From Ophelia neglecta (lineage: Eukaryota): a stretch of DNA of 64,000 nucleotides. The notes beneath the pieces were generated by a model. That model had not been told where the DNA came from and made no database searches. It saw only the letters and a program-made list of their open reading frames with translations. The position numbers and the translations under genes were made by a program. Where the stretch lies: contig OZ260661.1 of the NCBI GenBank assembly GCA_965285935.1, positions 128,588,001 through 128,652,000 of the forward strand. The letters are read 5' to 3'. This document shows, in pieces, positions 1-7,888 of this stretch (the first letter of the stretch is position 1; every line of letters starts with the position of its first letter).

Positions 1-66
1 ACGTTCACATCACGGAAGATAAATATGATCAATCACGCACCAAGATTTTACTCCAAAATTGTTAAG

Positions 67-265
67 TGCACCTTATTTTCGGGTTTTTTTTCGAGTCTCC
101 CGATGACTAGGAGAGGCGAGAATAAAATGGCGCGAAAATTAAAAGCACCATTAGCACTGTATTGCCGCCGGTGAGTAACCGTGAACATAACAAGCCGTAA
201 AAACTAATTTAAATGTCAGCTGTTCCTGAAAATTTGATGGCGCGAACATTTCCCGTTTTACAGTA
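67..265. mobile_element. Possible degenerate non-autonomous DNA transposon (MITE) relic, right end TTTTACAG|TA
   Basis: Internal repeats ATGGCGCGAA at 127-136 and 237-246 and the terminus TTTCCCGTTTTACAGTA resemble TA-flanked CGCGAAA-repeat MITEs of marine invertebrates. A matching left TIR is not clearly present. Confidence 0.3.
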
Positions 266-867
266 ACTCCCCCTTATAATAAATGTGTATTATATACAAT
301 TAGAACAGTCATGGGTTCCTGTCCCGTCAGGACTCGGTATTTCCTTTTTTGAACATTTTAGGTATGCTATTGAATAAGTATTTTAGTATTGATCAATGTT
401 CTTTACACTAATCTCTTCATATAAGGATAAATTTGACATACCTGTATTGTAGGCCCATATGGTTGTGGCCAGTGGACGACCAACCCTGGGTGACTTTCAA
501 AACCTTGTATCGCGGTCAACCGACAACGCCTGGGATGAAAATGGTTTCCAAGAAAATATTGTTAGGCCTATGTCAGAAATTGTTTGAACTTAATTAAGAT
601 AAACGAAGTCCCTGGAACCCGCCAGTCAGATTCCTCCGACGGCCATTAATTTACATCGATCGCGTTGGCCGCCTGTATAACTCACCTATATTAATATCGA
701 GGACAGCCGGAGGGTCACAGAGCTGTTCAGGTCTCCGCTCATGTCACATTTGATGGCCATTCACGTGCCAGACAACTCCATCTAGTCGGCAGGGAGACCA
801 TGGCGATCACGAGGGTGAGATCAGTTTCAATCTCACTCACTGCCCCATCCGTACACCGCCCGCCTAG

Positions 868-1103
868 ATTGTTATAATCCGATTATATCAACCATAACAA
901 TGCACTGATATCAATCTAATTACCCGGGTAAATAAAAGTAAACATACCCGGAGGCCTGGCGGGGCGTGTAAGCAGATTATAGGTCTCAGCCGACAGACTG
1001 AGTAGGCCAGGGTGACAAGGACTCTACGCAGACGGGTTGGCAGACAGAGGGAAAATGTCGTCTGCCGACTTGATGGATTCTCTACAAAACCAGTCGGAGT
1101 CTG
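868..1103 (+). promoter_or_regulatory. Candidate proximal cis-regulatory module/promoter of the Nodal-like gene (repeated in every unit)
   Basis: Inverted Sox motifs ATTGTT (868-873) and AACAAT (896-901) flank TAATCCGATTA (875-885). Forkhead motifs GTAAATA (928-934) and GTAAACA (938-944), GC box GGCGGGGC (~958-965), and five CAGAC/GTCTG Smad boxes (994-1103) follow. The TSS was not determined. Confidence 0.55.
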
Positions 1104-1154
1104 GAGGAAGGCATCATTTCTCCTCTAGGAACCACCACCAGAACATCAGGCAAT

Positions 1155-2883
1155 ATGAAGAATCTCGTGTTTATCAGCGCCTGGACGGGACTCTTGTCTC
1201 TAACCCTGGTGGCCTTCTCGGCCGGGGCCAAGGGAACACGACCCAAACTGCCAGATCTACTCTTAAGAAACTTCAACAACCTAGGCGATGTGAGCGCTGT
1301 GTCAGCTGACGTCACTGCCCAGCAGAACCAGCCCGATAAAAGCCGAGTTAAGCCGAGCTCGGCCGATGTCAATATGAAGGAGATTGGCGAGATTCTCCAA
1401 AACAAGTACGGGCTGACTAACACGATGGCCAGCGAGGGCTCGACCAGCTTCATGTTGGAGGTGTACCGTAAGCTGGAGGAGGGAGAGAGCTTATCGAGGG
1501 CCTCCGGACATCGTGGGCTAGACGTGGCCATCTTACAGGCAGACACCGTCCGCAGCTTCCACAATAAAGGTAAGGCCTCGTATACCCACACCGCTTTATG
1601 AAAGGAATTCCACAAAAAATCATGTTAAAATGTGAATTTATTAAGCAAGAGATAAAATCGGTAATTAATATTACTTATCATGATAGTAAATAATAATATG
1701 TACATGAAGGTACACGGACTACACACACAATCAATCTGAATTTGGAGACATCAAGAGTATTAACTTAATCCTAATTAATAGCGTTAACATTCACAAAAGC
1801 TGATAAAACTAACAAACAATTATAACAAATTTAGTCGATTAACCGTCTTAATTGCATCCTTATATCAGCTTACTTTATTTTATTCATTGTAAAAATTATT
1901 TATTTTTCCTTGTAGAGCGTATAAGAGAGGAGGGAGACAAGATGGAGATGACCTTCAAACTAGCCGGTATACCTGAGGAGGAGGTAACAAAGAGAGCTGA
2001 ACTACGGGTCCACTCACAGAGAGCACGAGGACGCCGTGTCTTCAAGGTGAAGGTCACAGTAATTGAGGGTGGCGTCCAGATTCAGCGTTTATCCTATCGG
2101 GTCAGCTCCAAGCGTTCTGCCAATGACGGCTCGGCGGTGATTGACCTGACGGCCATCGTTCAGGACGTGTTAGAGGCCGGATACCGCGACGCTACTCTCC
2201 ATTTTACTCTCCGTCCTGCTCATAAACACAGACGGCAGAGAGGGACTGGCCAACAGGAAAAACAGCAGGGCAAAAGTGAGAAGAAGGACAAAACTCAATC
2301 GGGGGACCATAGCGGTAGTGGCGCTGTAGGTAGTGGGCACACCGGAAGACGCTCTAAACGTAATGTCCGTCAGCCGACAACTGGTGCCATGCTTGTAATC
2401 TTCACTCAAAACAAACAGTTTTTCTCTAAACTGACTGCTGACCTTCGCATAAAGGCCAATCAGCTGGACAGCAACTTACCAGACTCAAGAGAACAATCAG
2501 ATGTACGGTCAGGGAGAGTCAAGCGCAGGTCTTCTAAATCAAAAGAAAGATCTAACCCTTTCAAAGTTGGCGGAAAGTGTAGAAAACTGGACTTTACCAT
2601 AGACTTTGAGGTGATTGGCTGGGACAAATGGATTGTTTACCCTAAGAAGTTCAACGCCTATCGCTGTGGCGGAAAGTGTAAGAATATAATGGATCCTGAC
2701 GTGTGGCCCACCAACCACGCCATACTACAGAGTCTAATGAATAGGCGTGACCGGAAGTTAGCCCCGCGTCCATGCTGTGTGCCCACCAAACTACGACCAA
2801 TCAGCATGCTGTATTTCGAGGAGGATGAAATCGTCATACGTAATCACGTGAACATGGCCGTTGACCAATGCGGCTGTAGTTAA
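1155..2883 (+). CDS. nodal: Nodal-like TGF-beta family preproprotein, copy 1 (join 1155..1569,1916..2883; 460 aa)
   Basis: Hydrophobic signal peptide MKNLVFISAWTGLLSLTLVAFSAG and prodomain motifs FMLEVY and ADTVRSF. Donor AAG|GTAAGG at 1569/1570 and acceptor TTTTTCCTTGTAG| at 1915 are both phase 1 and join in frame (G+AG=Glu). Furin site RVKR at 2515-2526. The 7-Cys cystine knot has Nodal-type IGWDKWIVYPKKFNAYRC, PTNHA, CCVPTKLRPISMLY and a Nodal-length finger 2. Confidence 0.88.
1570..1915 (+). other. Phase-1 GT-AG spliceosomal intron (346 bp in copy 1, 342 bp in the others); present in all 13 units
   Basis: GTAAGG donor, AT-rich body, polypyrimidine tract plus TGTAG acceptor; splicing restores one continuous frame. 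Confidence 0.93.
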
Positions 2884-3039
2884 TTACGCCTCACTGGGAG
2901 TCAAAATCCATGACGTACGATGAACACAAATGAGTAACATAAAGCATGGTGTGAATACGTCATATCTTGTAATATATTCAACTTTACCCCCGATCTTGGT
3001 GCTTATTACCTGCTCAGAGAATGCAACAAGTTACCGCTA

Positions 3040-3178
3040 AATAAATAGGCCTATTGCCACTGTGAGCTGGGTAGGTGCTTATACTCACAGATGAAAAGTA
3101 TTTGTCTTGAAAAACACAGTTTATTATTGTTGAAGAATCTATTCATATGTGTTAATATTGTATGTTAATGGGAATAAA
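3040..3178 (+). terminator. Candidate polyadenylation signals of the Nodal-like mRNA (repeated in every unit)
   Basis: AATAAA at 3040-3045 and 3173-3178 in AU-rich sequence 160-290 nt after the stop codon; TGTA upstream of the second. Confidence 0.5.
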
Positions 3179-3414
3179 TGATTTAATGATACTATGAGAA
3201 TCGTTGAAAAATTATTTGCTTATATCAACTTATTATTCCACCGTTAGATCTTAGGGCGTACAAAGTTATTGACAAACTGGTAGACACCTCATAGATATGA
3301 TAGGGTCATAAAATAACGTAACACGTTTCAGATAGATCCTATGGTCTATCTAAGCTTCATGGCCGCTCGGAAAGATTAAATAACAGGTGTAACACGGTGA
3401 AGGTGTCGGTCAGT

Positions 3415-3446
3415 GGGGGAAATTGGGGAAGGGGGCTGGGGTGGGG
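3415..3446 (+). other. G-quadruplex-forming motif (repeated in every unit)
   Basis: GGGGG-AAATT-GGGG-AA-GGGGG-CT-GGGG-T-GGGG: five runs of >=4 G with loops of 1-5 nt. Confidence 0.7.
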
Positions 3447-4073
3447 ATACACGGCCGCGGGGTCAAGACTCCCCCAGTGTCCAGATTTTTTTCCATATCA
3501 ATACTATAAGCCTATAACCGCGATGTTTCCATATACAAAATCGAGGCAAATATATATATAACCAAAACTTACAGCCCCCCTTCCGCCCTCCGTCTCCCAA
3601 TGCCAACGATTATTCCATATAAATTCCAGAGGGCTAGGCAAACTTACACATTCCAGGTCGATCTTTATCACAGTCGCTCAGTGTGGGCCAAGCTAGGCGG
3701 ACATCATATCAGTCACAATTTAACTTGAAAGATATTTTGGAACGCGGCTACGAAACACAAGGTTGGCGTTACATATGCTTAATTTTCACATGACGGGACC
3801 AAACCAGCATGCCCTCTAGAGGCTCTTGAACAAAAGTGGCCATTTTTTATTTTTTGTCACACGTGAGAGCTAGACCGCACATATGACCCCATAGATATCC
3901 ATATGTGTCTTTCACAATCACACAATTTCAAAACAATACCATCCCGTGTCCAAAATCTTTTACTATTCATATCTATATTTTACTATTAACATATAATCCA
4001 GGTAATCCAGATGTGTTTGCTGCCTTTTTTGGTGAATCACAGTCGAGTTTGGCGAATTTATTATTGCCCTGTG

Positions 4074-4107
4074 AGCTCTGGAACACCTATCAGCTCTGGA
4101 ACACCTA
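4074..4107 (+). repeat. Two-copy direct repeat with an 18-bp period (AGCTCTGGAACACCTA)
   Basis: 16-mer at 4074-4089 and 4092-4107; only one copy in unit 7 (~34114-34130). Confidence 0.9.
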
Positions 4108-4206
4108 CGACACTGCATCGAATAATTGCTATTTAGTTCACTGCAACCAGTAATAACAGCCATGCGTTCTTGCCTAAGTATCACAGCATGCACCGCGGTA
4201 TTTCGT

Positions 4207-4225
4207 TTCCCGCCAGATGGCGATA
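4207..4225 (+). promoter_or_regulatory. CTCF-like motif overlapping an E2F-like motif in the intergenic spacer (one per complete unit)
   Basis: TTCCCGCCAGATGGCGATA fits the CTCF core CCRSYAGRKGGCR; TTTCCCGCC at 4206-4214 fits E2F TTTSSCGC. Confidence 0.4.
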
Positions 4226-6163
4226 CCTTCAAAAAAGGCTCGCGCATACGCGCAATTGTACACAAGAATGCCAATTTTGTCAATAAACATACTTCCGCAG
4301 AATTTCATCTCCGCTCCGAAACTATATTCCCGTTCTTAATCAAATGATGCAAGTAAATTTAGTATAAGCTGCGGGCCTGTTCCGACGGCAGGTCTCAGTT
4401 TGGCGGCCTCGTAGTCACAGGCACCCCCCCCCATCCCCCAGCGGTGTATTTCATATAATTTGGATGTGGTGGTCCTAGCAGGGTTTGAATCCTGGGAAAA
4501 TATGACAGAAATTCTACAAAAAGCATCAATGATTTAGGAAATCTTCACAAACCTATATTTTTGATCAAAACCAAATCCTCAATACACTATACCATTTTGA
4601 CGGTCGATCTTCCAAAAGCCTATCTTTAATAGGAAAAAGTCCTACTCTTTTGCGATGGGAAAGGTGCGTCCGGGGTTTCCCGCCTATTCAATGCAAACCA
4701 CAGCTTTTGTATGCCGGTAGCTAGGTTTTAGAAGACCTCACTGGTCAATATGCCTATAGAAGAATAAACTGGACCATTTTCATAGGCTTGCATAGGAGAT
4801 TACCCCTTTTCTAGTACCATAGCGGAGAGATAGGCATTGATAGGGAAAAAAAGCATTCTCTATACCACGGAGCCATATACTATGTTTTCATAGCAACTGA
4901 AATCACGGAAAATATGTGATTAATGACGAATCATAAGTTATCAATAAAATGAAACCAATGTCAGTGTAATCATCCCAAGTCCACCATGAATCGCGAACAA
5001 TAACTTTTCACGTTCACATCACGGAAGATAAATATGATCAATCACGCACCAAGATTTTACTCCAAAATTGTTAAGTGCACCTTATTTTCGGGTTTTTTTT
5101 CGAGTCTCCCGATGACTAGGAGAGGCGAGAATAAAATGGCGCGAAAATTAAAAGCACCATTAGCACTGTATTGCCGCCGGTGAGTAACCGTGAACATAAC
5201 AAGCCGTAAAAACTAATTTAAATGTCAGCTGTTCCTGAAAATTTGATGGCGCGAACATTTCCCGTTTTACAGTAACTCCCCCTTATAATAAATGTGTATT
5301 ATATACAATTAGAACAGTCATGGGTTCCTGTCCCGTCAGGACTCGGTATTTCCTTTTTTGAACATTTTAGGTATGCTATTGAATAAGTATTTTAGTATTG
5401 ATCAATGTTCTTTACACTAATCTCTTCATATAAGGATAAATTTGACATACCTGTATTGTAGGCCCATATGGTTGTGGCCAGTGGACGACCAACCCTGGGT
5501 GACTTTCAAAACCTTGTATCGCGGTCAACCGACAACGCCTGGGATGAAAATGGTTTCCAAGAAAATATTGTTAGGCCTATGTCAGAAATTGTTTGAACTT
5601 AATTAAGATAAACGAAGTCCCTGGAACCCGCCAGTCAGATTCCTCCGACGGCCATTAATTTACATCGATCGCGTTGGCCGCCTGTATAACTCACCTATAT
5701 TAATATCGAGGACAGCCGGAGGGTCACAGAGCTGTTCAGGTCTCCGCTCATGTCACATTTGATGGCCATTCACGTGCCAGACAACTCCATCTAGTCGGCA
5801 GGGAGACCATGGCGATCACGAGGGTGAGATCAGTTTCAATCTCACTCACTGCCCCATCCGTACACCGCCCGCCTAGATTGTTATAATCCGATTATATCAA
5901 CCATAACAATGCACTGATATCAATCTAATTACCCGGGTAAATAAAAGTAAACATACCCGGAGGCCTGGCGGGGCGTGTAAGCAGATTATAGGTCTCAGCC
6001 GACAGACTGAGTAGGCCAGGGTGACAAGGACTCTACGCAGACGGGTTGGCAGACAGAGGGAAAATGTCGTCTGCCGACTTGATGGATTCTCTACAAAACC
6101 AGTCGGAGTCTGGAGGAAGGCATCATTTCTCCTCTAGGAACCACCACCAGAACATCAGGCAAT

Positions 6164-7888
6164 ATGAAGAATCTCGTGTTTATCAGCGTCTGGACGGGAC
6201 TCTTGTCTCTAACCCTGGTGGCCTACTCGGCCGGGGCCAAGGGAACACGACCCAAACTGCCAGATCTACTCTTAAGGAACTTCAACAACCTAGGCGATGT
6301 GAGCGCTGTGTCAGCTGACGTCACTGCCCAGCAGAACCAGCCCGATAATAGCCGAGTTAAGCCGAGCTCGGCCGATGTCAATATGAAGGAGATTGGCGAG
6401 ATTCTCCAAAACAAGTACGGGCTGACTAACACGATGGCCAGCGAGGGCTCGACCAGCTTCATGTTGGAGGTGTACCGTAAGCTGGAGGAGGGAGAGAGCT
6501 TATCGAGGGCCTCCGGACATCGTGGGCTAGACGTGGCCATCTTACAGGCAGACACCGTCCGCAGCTTCCACAATAAAGGTAAGGCCTCGTATACCCACAC
6601 CGCTTTATGAAAGGAATTCCACAAAAAATCATGTTAAAATGTGAATTTATTAGGCAAGAGATAAAATCGGTAATTAATATTACTTATCATGATAGTAAAT
6701 AATAATATGTACATGAAGGTACACGGACTACACAGTCAATCTGAATTTGGAGACATCAAGAGTATTAACTTAATCCTAATTAATAGCGTTAACATTCACA
6801 AAAGCTGATAAAACTAACAAACAATTATAACAAATTTAGTCGATTAACCGTCTTAATTGCATCCTTATATCAGCTTACTTTATTTTATTCATTGTAAAAA
6901 TTATTTATTTTTCCTTGTAGAGCGTATAAGAGAGGAGGGAGACAAGATGGAGATGACCTTCAAACTAGCCGGTATACCTGAGGAGGAGGTAACAAAGAGA
7001 GCTGAACTACGGGTCCACTCACAGAGAGCACGAGGACGCCGTGTCTTCAAGGTGAAGGTCACAGTAATTGAGGGTGGCGTCCAGATTCAGCGTTTGTCCT
7101 ATCGGATCAGCTCCAAGCGTTCTGCCAATGACGGCTCGGCGGTGATTGACCTGACGGCCATCGTTCAGGACGTGTTAGAGGCCGGATACCGCGACGCTAC
7201 TCTCCATTTTACTCTCCGTCCTGCTCATAAACACAGACGGCAGAGAGGGACTGGCCAACAGGAAAAACAGCAGGGCAAAAGTGAGAAGAAGGACAAAACT
7301 CAATCGGGGGACCATAGCGGTAGTGGCGCTGTAGGTAGTGGGCACACCGGAAGACGCTCTAAACGTAATGTCCGTCAGCCGACAACTGGTGCCATGCTTG
7401 TAATCTTCACTCAAAACAAACAGTTTTTCTCTAAACTGACTGCTGACCTTCGCATAAAGGCCAATCAGCTGGACAGCAACTTACCAGACTCAAGAGAACA
7501 ATCAGATGTACGGTCAGGGAGAGTCAAGCGCAGGTCTTCTAAATCAAAAGAAAGATCTAACCCTTTCAAAGTTGGCGGAAAGTGTAGAAAACTGGACTTT
7601 ACCATAGACTTTGAGGTGATTGGCTGGGACAAATGGATTGTTTACCCTAAGAAGTTCAACGCCTATCGCTGCGGCGGAAAGTGTAAGAATATAATGGATC
7701 CTGACGTGTGGCCCACCAACCACGCCATACTACAGAGTCTAATGAATAGGCGTGACCGGAAGTTAGCCCCGCGTCCATGCTGTGTGCCCACCAAACTACG
7801 ACCAATCAGCATGCTGTATTTCGAGGAGGATGAAATCGTCATACGTAATCACGTGAACATGGCCGTTGACCAATGCGGCTGTAGTTAA
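6164..7888 (+). CDS. nodal: Nodal-like preproprotein, copy 2 (join 6164..6578,6921..7888)
   Basis: Same structure and splice sites as copy 1; intact ORF; N/I haplotype (DNS, YRISS). Confidence 0.88.

Noticed and set aside
284-291. FoxH1-type site TGTGTATT
   Set aside because: A single degenerate 8-mer is expected about once per 5-kb unit by chance, and there is no paired intronic ASE-like arrangement.
1852-1915. N-terminus MHPYISLLYF... of the 343-aa ORF as a real start, and ...GKASYTHTAL as the end of the 148-aa ORF
   Set aside because: Both are read-through into the intron (TTG start, polypyrimidine tract). The two ORFs are exons of one gene.
1082-2409. Antisense ORFs of 133-177 aa and 79 aa
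   Set aside because: Shadow ORFs opposite the coding exons, with no recognisable domain. Their lengths change with neutral substitutions.
2578-2883. Assignment to BMP2/4, BMP5-8, ADMP or Lefty instead of Nodal
   Set aside because: YPKKFNAYRC, PTNHA without the BMP N-S/A-TNHA glycosylation site, a finger 2 one residue shorter than BMP2 and a retained dimer Cys all fit Nodal best. A tree is still needed to confirm.
3330-3351. Short hairpins AGATAGATC-CTAT-GGTCTATCT and GTGAGAT...ATCTCAC (815-836) as ncRNA or Helitron ends
   Set aside because: Stems of 7-9 bp are too short for a miRNA, and no supporting element termini were found.
4074-4107. CRISPR-like repeat
   Set aside because: Only two adjacent copies with no spacers, in eukaryotic context with no cas genes.
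3905-4347. Spacer ORFs of 82, 106 and 73 aa (also the 64-65 aa and 75 aa ORFs in some units)
   Set aside because: Non-ATG starts and no recognisable homology. The 64-75 aa ORFs appear or vanish with poly-C or TA tract length. Recurrence only reflects the DNA repeat.
4424-4432. Poly-C tract length variation (9-13) between units
   Set aside because: Cannot be told apart from homopolymer sequencing error.
4461-4496. tRNA/SINE-like B-box GGTTTGAATCC with an A-box-like TGGATGTGGTGG
   Set aside because: The boxes are only ~10 bp apart and no cloverleaf can be formed.
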